Below, in pieces: positions 1 to 8,831 of a stretch of 23,913 nt of DNA. The translations under genes were made by a program, and so were the position numbers. The stretch is from NCBI GenBank assembly GCA_029856435.1, contig JAHQXB010000058.1:1-23913 (forward strand), written 5' to 3'. This DNA comes from Candidatus Jordarchaeia archaeon. Lineage in GTDB: Archaea > Asgardarchaeota > Jordiarchaeia > Jordiarchaeales > Jordiarchaeaceae. The stretch's first letter is position 1. Each line of letters opens with the position of its first letter. The notes beneath the pieces were generated by a model, which worked only from the letters and a program-made list of their open reading frames with translations, had not been told where the DNA came from and did not search any database.

Positions 1-166
1 CGGTGTTTTTGCTATGTATTGGGTTATTGCTCGGGGTTCCAAAATTGTAGGCTGCAACAAGTATTCCCGAATTGAGGGTGCCAGAGGTGGAGGTAATAAT
101 GGGAGCTGTTAATGCTAGGATGAATAGTGTTGATACTATGAGAGCTGCAATTTTTGTTCGCTTCAT
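1..166 (-). CDS. Secreted or membrane-anchored protein, N-terminal 55 aa only (runs off the window edge)
   Basis: Manual translation from ATG at 166 after a purine-rich SD-like AAGGGAGAG gives MKRTKIAALIVSTLFILALTAPIITSTSGTLNSGILVAAYNFGTPSNNPIHSKNT...: basic N-region then a hydrophobic H-region, i.e. a signal peptide. The frame stays open to position 1. The track ORF 24..239 is a different, spurious frame. Confidence 0.7.
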   Translation of the reverse strand, partial: MKRTKIAALIVSTLFILALTAPIITSTSGTLNSGILVAAYNFGTPSNNPIHSKNT

Positions 167-621
167 TTTTTCTCTCCCTTATTTCCTTTTTTAAGCCATA
201 TCGGCAGAGAAAAGGGCGTAGCCTTAGAACTCGTAGCATCTTGAGTAGGAAAATATTAGAGAACCCTTTTTTCCTCTATAACTATTACTAGGTGTTTTTA
301 GCCCTTCTCAAATCCTATTAATTATTCTACCTCATATTTAAAACTTTAGCCTTCTGCAGGCGGCGTTATATTTCCATCAGTGAATTTTTGGTGTTTTGGG
401 TGAATATGTTTTTTTGAAGGTTTGTGGGGGGCTTTTTGTGGCTTCTTTCCCGAAAAATAAGTCTTTAGACGGGAGACTGGGCAGGTGGTTTCCGACGAAA
501 AAGGTAGCGCCACACGAGAATTTCACTAGGGGGGACATAGCGCCTCTGCAGACTGTTTAATGTTAAAGGGGGGATTGAAAAATAGAAGAGTAAATGATTT
601 GGTTAACTTTGGCTAAGTTTA

Positions 622-660
622 GGGAATAAAACGTCATTCTGTCTTTTCGATTTTATTCCC
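622..660 (-). ncRNA. Candidate SECIS element: 3'-UTR hairpin with tandem G.A/A.G pairs
   Basis: The mRNA strand reads GGGAAUAAAAU-CGAA-AAGACAGAA(loop region)-UGAC-GUUUUAUUCCC. It has a 10-bp perfect stem plus a U-G pair topped by CGAA/UGAC, and begins 15 nt after the stop of the UGA-containing gene. Confidence 0.45.
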
Positions 661-674
661 ACCAAATCTCCAAT

Positions 675-1133
675 TTAGGTTTTTAATTTTTTTATGACTT
701 CTAGTATTTCTTCAGTTTTTGGGATGTCGTGCATGGAGTCGCCGTAGTACGCGTATTGTATTGTTCCTTCCTTGTCTATTACTAGTAGTGCGGGCATTCT
801 CCCCAGTTTTCGCAGTATGATTTCTTGTTTTAGCAGTTTGGTGACTTTTTGTTCTTGGTCATAGTATATGGGGTATTTTCTTTTGGCGTATTTTGTTTCC
901 AGCTTTTTGGCGTTTTCCAGCTTGTCCGCAGTGATGGGGATTAGTACGGTGTTTAGTTGCTGGAACTCTTCGATGTGGTTTGCTAGTCTGGCGACGTGTG
1001 CCCTGCAGTATGGTCAGGAGATTCCTCTCAGTAGGATTAGGACAATGTTTCTTTTTCCTTCGAAGTCTCTGATGTTGGCTGTTTCTCCTCTTGAGTTAGG
1101 TAGGCTGAATTCTGGTATCCTTTTGCCCACCAT
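675..1133 (-). CDS. Peroxiredoxin-like (AhpC/TSA, PrxL) selenoprotein, 152 aa; in-frame TGA at 1014-1016 read as Sec40, UxxC motif
   Basis: Manual translation: MVGKRIPEFSLPNSRGETANIRDFEGKRNIVLILLRGIS-U-PYCRAHVARLANHIEEFQQLNTVLIPITADKLENAKK...GRMPALLVIDKEGTIQYAYYGDSMHDIPKTEEILEVIKKLKT*. AhpC/TSA motifs lie on both sides of the TGA, which occupies the first Cys of CxxC. An alternative in-frame ATG is at 1187. Confidence 0.88.
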
Positions 1134-1274
1134 TTGGAACTTGTCCTTCGTTCTGCTACCACCTCCTCCTAATTGAAAAACATGCATGTACTAAAGCGTT
1201 TTAGTTAAAATATTTCTCCTTTTATTGCATATAAATTTAAAAAAATTTGGGGTTGATTTTGGGTTACCTTTTAT

Positions 1275-2150
1275 TTATTTTTTGAGGCCGAGTATTTCTC
1301 GTGCTTCGTCTGGGGTTGCTACTGGTCTTTGTAGTTCTTTGGCTATTCTTACTACTTTTGCTACGAGTTCGGCGTTGCTTTTTGCAAGGACGCCTTTTTC
1401 AAGGTAGATGTTGTCCTCCATGCCTACTCTTACGTGTCCTCCTAGGAGTATGGCTCCTGCTGCCATTTCCATTTCGTATCTTCCTGGGGCGCAGACGGAC
1501 CAGGTCCAGTTTTTGGGGATTTGGTCTACGCAGTAGATTAGGGTTTTGAGGTCGGGTGACATGCATGAGAGCCCGCCGAACATTACGAATTGGATGTGTA
1601 GGGGTTCTTTTAGTGAGCCTTCGGCTACCAGTCTTTTGGCTGTGTTTATTTGTCCGGTGTCGTAGATTTCCAGTTCGGGTTTGACATTGTTTTCATACAT
1701 GTAGCCTGCCCACTTTACAATGGTGTTTACCGGGTTTCCGAAGATGACGTTTCTTAGGACGGGTAGTCCCATGTCTTCCCAGAGGTTGAGTGAGCCCATG
1801 TTGAGTGATGAGAGGTCCTGTTTGAAGGTCATTCTCTCCTTCATTATTTCGTCCATTTTTTCTGGGTCAACCCTGCCCCCGCCAGTTGTGATATTTATGA
1901 TTAGGTCTGAGGCTTCGCTCTCCCTTATTCTTTTAACATACTCTTTTAGAACTGGGTTGGGATCTTTTGCTGCCCCTCCTGTTTCCGCGTCTTTGGCGTG
2001 GAGATGAACCACCGAAGCGCCAGCCTTCCTGCACTTTACGCATTCCTCAATAACCTCATCGATAGTTGCGGGAACATATGGTGTTTGAGCTCTAGAAATG
2101 AATTCTCCGCCGGTGAGGGCGGCCGTTATTATGAGTTTCTCCCTAGCCAT
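1275..2150 (-). CDS. BKACE family (3-keto-5-aminohexanoate cleavage enzyme-like, DUF849) beta-keto acid cleavage enzyme
   Basis: Motifs IITAALTGG, VVHLHAKD (Zn-binding HxH), SSLNMGS, KPELEIYD and GGHVRVGMEDN. Start placed at ATG 2150 behind SD GGAGGTG; the track start is 2174. Confidence 0.92.
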   Translation of the reverse strand: MAREKLIITAALTGGEFISRAQTPYVPATIDEVIEECVKCRKAGASVVHLHAKDAETGGAAKDPNPVLKEYVKRIRESEASDLIINITTGGGRVDPEKMDEIMKERMTFKQDLSSLNMGSLNLWEDMGLPVLRNVIFGNPVNTIVKWAGYMYENNVKPELEIYDTGQINTAKRLVAEGSLKEPLHIQFVMFGGLSCMSPDLKTLIYCVDQIPKNWTWSVCAPGRYEMEMAAGAILLGGHVRVGMEDNIYLEKGVLAKSNAELVAKVVRIAKELQRPVATPDEAREILGLKK

Positions 2151-2241
2151 AATTCCACCTCCAAAACTAATCATTTATAATATTTTTAATGGTTTAACGC
2201 CCTTTACTTTAATTCCACGCTTCAAGAATTTAAAATTGTTT

Positions 2242-3051
2242 TCATTTTTTCGTTTTTGGGTGTGGTTCGTCTAGGAGTGCTATCACTTCTTTGTATTGTT
2301 TCAAATCTGCGGGTATGCTTAGCTGGATTTCTTCTAGGAAGTCGGCGTATTTCTGTGGGTCTAAAACATTGTATAGGAAGTTTTTTATTTTGCGGGCTGT
2401 TTCTATGCCTTTTTGGCCGCACTTTTCAACCAGTAGTAGGAAGGCGTCTGCGGAGGAGGCTGCTACCGCGTTTTGGAACTGTTTTCCCCTGTCTGGAATT
2501 TTGTTTCTTATTTTCCATATGGATTCAAATAGTTTTAGGGCTTCCTCCATTTTTATAATCATTTTTTCGCAGCTCAGGGTGGAGGCCAGGTCTATGAGTG
2601 CATTGCCCTTACCGTAGAGGGCTAGGGCGTAGTCTGGCGCTATTTTTAGAGCTTCATCATAACTGTTTATTGCTTCCTCGTATCTGCCTAAATTTCCCAA
2701 GGCTAAGCCCTTATTGTAGTGTGTGACGAAATTGTGGGGGTTTAGGGCTAGAACTTTGTCGAAAAAATTTAGAGCCTCCCCGTATTTTCCCATTTTTATG
2801 AGTAAGCCGCCCTTATTGTTTAAGGCTTCCTCATCATTGGGACTTATTTCTAGAACCTTATCGAAACACTTCATAGCCTCCTCATGTCTCCCCAACTGGT
2901 CCAACGCTGTGCCCTTATTGGCTAGAGCCACAATGTCTTGAGGGTTGATCTCCAGGGCCTTATTGTAGAAGTCTATGGCTTCCTCAAATTTACCCTCATC
3001 TACCAAGGAGTTGCCTTTGTTGACTAAGGCTTCTACAGATTCAGAATCCAT
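2242..3051 (-). CDS. TPR-repeat protein with unknown C-terminal helical domain
   Basis: About five 34-aa repeats of the type ALxNKGxxLxxLGRxEEAxxxxDKxLExxP; SD GGAGG upstream. Confidence 0.9.
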   Translation of the reverse strand: MDSESVEALVNKGNSLVDEGKFEEAIDFYNKALEINPQDIVALANKGTALDQLGRHEEAMKCFDKVLEISPNDEEALNNKGGLLIKMGKYGEALNFFDKVLALNPHNFVTHYNKGLALGNLGRYEEAINSYDEALKIAPDYALALYGKGNALIDLASTLSCEKMIIKMEEALKLFESIWKIRNKIPDRGKQFQNAVAASSADAFLLLVEKCGQKGIETARKIKNFLYNVLDPQKYADFLEEIQLSIPADLKQYKEVIALLDEPHPKTKK

Positions 3052-3189
3052 ATAAACCCTCCAACTTATCCGATATCCTTAACATTACCAAAAAATATTG
3101 TATCTCCATAATTTTCTCCAGATGGAGTTAAATAAGACTTTCCCAGAACTAAGCCAACTATTATTCCCTGTTGGAAAATTTTACTCTTC

Positions 3190-3966
3190 TTATTTCAGAT
3201 TTTCTCGGTACATTGTGGAACCGGGATGAATTTCCAAATTTGTCTTTTCAACAAATTCCCTGTACCCTTTGTCTCCCAATATCTTTGTTAAAAGTTCTTT
3301 TATTCTTACAATGGTTTTTGAGCCTTGCGCGCCGCAAACCTCAGCCAGATTCTGTATCACCTGAATCATAATGCGGGGAACATCAGTCCTGAACCTCTCC
3401 ACTATGGGAGAGGATAATTTTTCTTGGCTCCAAACACGTTCCAAGGAGTCAATAACTGCGCCCACTTTGGAGATTGCTTCTTCACAGCTTGAGGGTTTTG
3501 TGAAGACCAGGAGAGCTAAGGCCTTGTTGAGAGAGGCTTCAGCTATTTTGGGGTTTAGAGCTAATGCTTCATCAAACATTTGGGTGGCTTCCTCAAATCT
3601 GCCCAAGCGGAGAAGAAGATTGCCCCTGTTGTAGAGGGTTTCTGCATCTTTGGGATTAACTTCTAATGCTTTATTGTAACATTCTAGGGCTTCTTTAAAC
3701 TCTAGAAGGTTGAAAAGCACGTTGCCCTTATTTGTTAAGGCTTCCCAGTCCCGAGGATTCCTCTCTAAAACTCTGTTAAAATAGTTTAGGGCCTCTCTAA
3801 ACCTGTGAAGCTCGAGGAGAGCCACCCCCTTATTAAACAGGGCCTCGGAGCATTCGGAACTCAAAGCCAGCGCTTCATCATAAAATTGGATAGCTTCTTT
3901 AAACTTTCCCAAATTGAAGAACTCATTGCCCTTATTGACGAGTTCTCTAACCCTTTTTGGATTCAA
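3190..3966 (-). CDS. TPR-repeat protein, tandem paralog of 2242..3051
   Basis: Same repeat pattern (ALFNKGVALLELHRFREALNYFNRVLERNP). Start placed at TTG 3966, 7 nt after AGGAGG, which aligns its N-terminus with the paralog; the track start is 3999. Confidence 0.88.
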   Translation of the reverse strand: MNPKRVRELVNKGNEFFNLGKFKEAIQFYDEALALSSECSEALFNKGVALLELHRFREALNYFNRVLERNPRDWEALTNKGNVLFNLLEFKEALECYNKALEVNPKDAETLYNRGNLLLRLGRFEEATQMFDEALALNPKIAEASLNKALALLVFTKPSSCEEAISKVGAVIDSLERVWSQEKLSSPIVERFRTDVPRIMIQVIQNLAEVCGAQGSKTIVRIKELLTKILGDKGYREFVEKTNLEIHPGSTMYRENLK

Positions 3967-4452
3967 ACAAATGCCTCCTATACAAAAACCAATCAGCACC
4001 TTTTACACTTTTCTCCATCTCCCAGCAGGAAAAGGAGTACAATCCAAATAGTCTCCAAAAAGTATTGTACAAAAAACACGCAATCCCATTCCAAAGTATG
4101 AAGTTTAAACCGATTTTATCTTGTGTATATTTTGTTACACCTTGGAGCTGCTAAAATGTCTTTGATTGCCCAAATTTGAATTCTTTCCGCCTATTTTAGT
4201 TGTCCCTCATAAGGGGGAAGAAAAGAACTTAAAAATTTTTGGGAGGAGAATAGTAAACACACTGGTTCCCTTTTTTTAGGCTTACAAAATTAGTTTTGGC
4301 TTCTTGGCATTTTTCGTCGTTAAACGTCATATCTGCGACAAAAAACAATACCTTATCACTACATCATGGGCCATACGCTTCAGGGAGCATGAATTTTGTC
4401 CAAGCTCCTTTTTTAGTTAATTTTAAATAAAGAGTGTGTTTTAGATTGTTTT

Positions 4453-4464
4453 AAAGGTTTAACT
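4453..4464 (+). promoter_or_regulatory. Putative BRE-TATA promoter of acyl-CoA synthetase 1
   Basis: AAAGGTTTAACT about 30-40 nt upstream of ATG 4494; similar AAAG(G)TT(T)AA strings precede other genes in the window. Confidence 0.35.
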
Positions 4465-4493
4465 TTTTAGATGTGGAAGAGAGAGGATTAACA

Positions 4494-6239
4494 ATGAGTA
4501 AGAAAAGTAAGGCAAAGCCCAGCGAGGCAAAGAAAGCAGCAAAAGCTGTGAAGCCTAAAGAGAAGGAGTTACCGGACTACATTAAGAATAGGATTTGGCT
4601 GAAGAATTACCCTCCAGACTTGCCCAAAGAGGTTAAGATACCAGCTGATAAGTCGATACCCGAACTTGCGGAGGAAGCCACAGACAAGTGGCCCAACTCT
4701 GTAAACATAATATTCTATGGAAGAGAATTCACTCGAAAAGAGTTTAAGGACTACATTGACAGACTCACCACGGCATTCCAAAAAAACCTGGGAATCAAAA
4801 AGGGAGACAAGATAGCCATATATCTGCCAAACTGTCCCCAATTCATCATAGCATACATGGCAGGACTGGCAGCGGGAGCCACCATGACCTGCATCAGCCC
4901 CCTATTTGTACCCCGAGAATTAGCTTACCAGTTAAAGGACAGCGGAGCAGAAACCCTAGTAACCATGGACATGTTCTACAACAATGTGGGACAAATAAGA
5001 AATGAGGTTAAACTAAAAAACATCATCATCACAAACATAATGGGACAAACGCCCAGTGTACCCGAAAGCGTGGATCAAGGAATATTCCACATGACAAACC
5101 TAATCAAAGACACTGCCCCCGACGTAACAAGGGTAAAAATCAATCCCAAAAAGGACATTGCAGTAATTCAATACACTGGAGGCACAACAGGTATGCCCAA
5201 AGGTGCACTCCTCACTCACTACAACCTCATAGCCAACGCCCACCAAATCATACCCATAACAGAAGCATTAAAAAAGAGGTTCAACGAGGAGCGAGTGAGG
5301 TCAATAAGCGTACTGCCCTGGTACCACATATACGGACAAACCTGCGAAATAATTGCGGGAAACCTCATAGACTCAACCGCGGTGCTTTTCGCCAGGTTTG
5401 ACCCGGGAGACATTCTTGATGCCATTAACAAGTATAAACCCTGGCTATTCTTAGGAGTTTCAGCTTTGCTCATAGCACTCATGAACCACCCCAAGGCCCA
5501 AGAAACGGATTTCAGCTGCCTCAAATACGTAAACATGGGAGCCGCCCCAACCCCAGACGAGGTTGCAAGGCAGTGGAAAAAGTTATCTGGACACCCGCTG
5601 AGCGAAGGCTACGGGCTAACAGAAACCAGCCCTGTAACCCATACCCGCCCCGCCCAACTTTTCGGCGAAAAACTGGGCAGCATCGGCCCACCGGTTCCCA
5701 ACACGCTGGCAGGCATAGTAGACCCCGAAACCAATGAGTTTCTACCCATAGGTGAACTGGGAGAACTGGTGATCAGCGGTCCCCAAGTGATGCTTGGTTA
5801 TTATAACAGACCTAAAGACACCGAAGCAGTCTTCTTTGAGGCAGGAGGATACAAGTGGCTCAAAACCGGAGACCTAGCCCGAATGGATGAAGACGGATAC
5901 TTCTATATCGTTGACCGCACCAAAGACATAATAAAATATAAGGGCCACAGCGTTTACCCCAGAGAAATTGAGGAGGTTATATTTGAGCACCCCGCAGTGC
6001 TGGAATGCGCAGTTATAGGTGTACCCGACCCTGAGGCAGGAGAAAATATAAAAGCGTACATATCGCTAAAGCCAGATTATAAGGGTAAAATAACGGAGGA
6101 GGAGATGAAGAACTGGATTAAGGAACGGGTTGCTGCCTACAAGTATCCCCGATATGTGGAGTTTATAGACGTTATCCCCAAGACCATCGTAGGCAAAGTT
6201 CTGAGGAGGGCACTAAGAGAAAAAGAGTCCAAAAAATAG
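4494..6239 (+). CDS. Long-chain acyl-CoA synthetase / AMP-forming acid-CoA ligase, paralog 1
   Basis: AMP-binding motifs QYTGGTTGMPKG, EGYGLTE, LKTGDLARMDEDGYFYIVDRTKD and C-terminal PKTIVGKVLRR. Start placed at ATG 4494. Confidence 0.95.
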   Translation: MSKKSKAKPSEAKKAAKAVKPKEKELPDYIKNRIWLKNYPPDLPKEVKIPADKSIPELAEEATDKWPNSVNIIFYGREFTRKEFKDYIDRLTTAFQKNLGIKKGDKIAIYLPNCPQFIIAYMAGLAAGATMTCISPLFVPRELAYQLKDSGAETLVTMDMFYNNVGQIRNEVKLKNIIITNIMGQTPSVPESVDQGIFHMTNLIKDTAPDVTRVKINPKKDIAVIQYTGGTTGMPKGALLTHYNLIANAHQIIPITEALKKRFNEERVRSISVLPWYHIYGQTCEIIAGNLIDSTAVLFARFDPGDILDAINKYKPWLFLGVSALLIALMNHPKAQETDFSCLKYVNMGAAPTPDEVARQWKKLSGHPLSEGYGLTETSPVTHTRPAQLFGEKLGSIGPPVPNTLAGIVDPETNEFLPIGELGELVISGPQVMLGYYNRPKDTEAVFFEAGGYKWLKTGDLARMDEDGYFYIVDRTKDIIKYKGHSVYPREIEEVIFEHPAVLECAVIGVPDPEAGENIKAYISLKPDYKGKITEEEMKNWIKERVAAYKYPRYVEFIDVIPKTIVGKVLRRALREKESKK

Positions 6240-6261
6240 GGGCAACTAGTTCCAATACAAC

Positions 6262-6276
6262 TTTTTTTGATTTTTT
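6262..6276 (+). terminator. Oligo-T terminator-like tract after acyl-CoA synthetase 1
   Basis: TTTTTTTGATTTTTT begins 22 nt after the stop; archaeal termination commonly occurs at oligo-T tracts. Confidence 0.4.
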
Positions 6277-6495
6277 CAAAGGGAGACGCAAAATTGTTCG
6301 ACTCCTAAAAAAAGGGAGCTTTTAATGAGACCTTTTAGATTTAAAATCTCTCGAGTGAGAAACAGAGTCCAAAACCTCTACATCTCCTTCAAGTGATTTA
6401 TGGGAAACTAAAAATTGTTTTTGAACAGGGCAGAGGTATTCTGGAGGATTTTGGAGACTTGTTTATGACTTGACAAGGAAGCGTGGGCCCGGGTG

Positions 6496-6508
6496 AAAAG
6501 GTTAAAAT
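6496..6508 (+). promoter_or_regulatory. Putative BRE-TATA promoter of acyl-CoA synthetase 2
   Basis: AAAAGGTTAAAAT about 55 nt upstream of ATG 6564. Confidence 0.35.
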
Positions 6509-6563
6509 CTATATGTATTCAATTTATACTAGAGAATATGTAATTAAAGGGTGGATTCTTTGC

Positions 6564-8261
6564 ATGTTTAGATTTAAATCGAAACTTCCGGACTATGTTA
6601 AAAAGAAGATATGGTTGAAGAGTTACCCTCCAGATTTCCCAAAGAAGATTAAGATTCCCAAGAAGTCTTTGCCCGAGGTGTTCAGGGAAGCGGCGGAAAA
6701 GTATGGCGACGAGGTTAGTCTCATTTTTTATGATAAAGAGTATACTCGCAAACAGATTATAGATTGGTCTGACAGGTTGGCTACCGCCCTCCACAATATG
6801 GGTGTAAGAAAGGGTGACGTGGTGGCGATTTATTTACCTAACAGTGTACAGTTTTTGGTGGCATACTATGGTATCCTAGCAGCAGGAGCTACGGTCACTG
6901 CCATAAGCCCCCTTTTCGTGCCACGTGAGGTCGCCTTCCAGCTAAAAGACAGCGGAGCAAAAACCATAATCACAATGGACCTCTTCTACGAAAACGTGAA
7001 ACAAATTAAAGACGAAACCCCTCTGAAAAACATTATTGTGTGCAACATTATGGGGGAGAAGCTCCGAATCGAAAAAGAAGACCTAGAAAAAGTAATAAAT
7101 TACCACGAGCTAATTGAGAAAACTCCGCCCAACCCTCCAAAAATAAGGATAAACCCCACAGAGGACGTGGCAGTGCTGCAGTACACTGGTGGAACAACCG
7201 GTCTACCAAAAGGTGCCATGCTCACACACTACAACATTTTAGCTAACGCCCTGCAAGTGGTTCCCATTACGGAAACTTTAAACAAAAGGTTGGGCATTAA
7301 TAGAACTATTGCCATTTCGGTGTTACCATGGTACCACAGCTATGGTCAAACAGTGGAAATTGTCGCAGGCGCCCTACTTAATAATCTTGGCATATGTTTC
7401 TCCCAGTTTGACCCCGCCCCCATTCTTGAGGCAATCCAGAAATATAGGCCCAACACCTTTATTGCAGTTCCCGCAATTTTGATTTTGTTGTTGAACCACC
7501 CCAAGTCCCGTGAAGTTGACTTTACCTGTCTAAAGTACTTTAATATGGGCGCCGCACCCACTCCTGTGGAGCTAGCTAGACAGTGGAAACAGTTGTCAGG
7601 TAATCCTCTAAGCGAAGGTTACGGGTTGACCGAAGCCAGCCCAGTGACCCATAGCCGATGCGCCCAGCTTTTTGGCGAAATTCTGGGCTCAGTTGGCCCC
7701 CCCATTCTGAACACCCTAGCGGGAATAGTGGATCCAGACACCAACGAGTTCCTACCCATTGGGCAGCTGGGTGAACTGGTGGTCAGCGGGCCTCAAGTAA
7801 TGAAGGGCTACTGGAAACGCCCCGAGGAGACAAAAAAGGTGTTCTTTAAGGCTGGTGGCGTAACTTGGTTAAAGACTGGCGACCTTGCCCGTATGGACGA
7901 GAATGGCCACTTCTACATCTTGGATCGCACCAAAGACATAATAAAATACAAGGGTCACAGCGTCTATCCGCGGGAACTCGAAGAAGTACTGTTTACCCAT
8001 GAAGCAATCATGGATGCGGCAGTGATTGGCGTGCCTGACCCCGATGTGGGCGAACAAATTAAGGCCTTTGTAGTCTTGAAGCCGGAATATAGGGGCAAAG
8101 TCACGGAGGATGACATACTATACTGGTGTAAAGAACACATGGCAGCCTTCAAATATCCCAGATATGTAGAGATTGTGGAGTACCTTCCAAAGAGCATGGT
8201 GGGTAAAACTTTAAGAAGAGTGCTCAGAGAGCAAGAAGCCCAAAGGACGGCGGAATCCTAA
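6564..8261 (+). CDS. Long-chain acyl-CoA synthetase / AMP-forming acid-CoA ligase, paralog 2
   Basis: QYTGGTTGLPKG, EGYGLTE, KTGDLARMDENG and PKSMVGKTLRR; colinear with paralog 1. Start placed at ATG 6564 after SD-like AGGGTGG. Confidence 0.95.
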   Translation: MFRFKSKLPDYVKKKIWLKSYPPDFPKKIKIPKKSLPEVFREAAEKYGDEVSLIFYDKEYTRKQIIDWSDRLATALHNMGVRKGDVVAIYLPNSVQFLVAYYGILAAGATVTAISPLFVPREVAFQLKDSGAKTIITMDLFYENVKQIKDETPLKNIIVCNIMGEKLRIEKEDLEKVINYHELIEKTPPNPPKIRINPTEDVAVLQYTGGTTGLPKGAMLTHYNILANALQVVPITETLNKRLGINRTIAISVLPWYHSYGQTVEIVAGALLNNLGICFSQFDPAPILEAIQKYRPNTFIAVPAILILLLNHPKSREVDFTCLKYFNMGAAPTPVELARQWKQLSGNPLSEGYGLTEASPVTHSRCAQLFGEILGSVGPPILNTLAGIVDPDTNEFLPIGQLGELVVSGPQVMKGYWKRPEETKKVFFKAGGVTWLKTGDLARMDENGHFYILDRTKDIIKYKGHSVYPRELEEVLFTHEAIMDAAVIGVPDPDVGEQIKAFVVLKPEYRGKVTEDDILYWCKEHMAAFKYPRYVEIVEYLPKSMVGKTLRRVLREQEAQRTAES

Positions 8262-8831
8262 AGTACATTCATTTCTCTATCTTTTTTTCAACTATAAAAG
8301 TAGTGAAATCCATTTTAGGAGTTAAGCCATAATTTAGTATATTTAGCCTGTGGACGCATTGGTTATCAACATGGTGTTCTGTTCCTAGTTTGCGGTGATT
8401 CTTTAATTAAGGTTGGGAAGAGCAGAGATGGAGTTGATCTCTCCTTGTTACGATCCAGCTTAATGCCTGTTTGGATGGTTTGCCTTTAGCGATGTGTGCT
8501 GCAGAGCTCTGAGTGCTGGTTCTAACAACATTTTACAATAAGTCGGCCCTATTCCCAGTTTTTTGAATGAATATGCGTGTTATATTTAAATATTGTTTTT
8601 GCCCACTTTTCTAAGACGGTGCGTGATCTTTAAGTGTTGGGTCTGCTATGGCTCTCGAAAACCCGTTTGGTGCAGGATTGCTTTGAGGGATTTCGCATGC
8701 ATCACAGAATATATATTTGGAAATCAGACATTAATAAGGTGTGGCTAGAAACTTGTTCGCTAGCCTCAAAATACATTTGAAGGTAAAACTACCAATAAAG
8801 TTTGTTTTCTATATTTTAGGTGGTGTGTTTT

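Noticed and set aside
24-239. 71-aa minus-strand ORF in the track
   Set aside because: Wrong frame; the overlapping frame starting at 166 has a SD and a clear signal peptide.
868-1176. 102-aa plus-strand ORF in the track
   Set aside because: Antisense shadow of the selenoprotein gene; no recognisable motifs.
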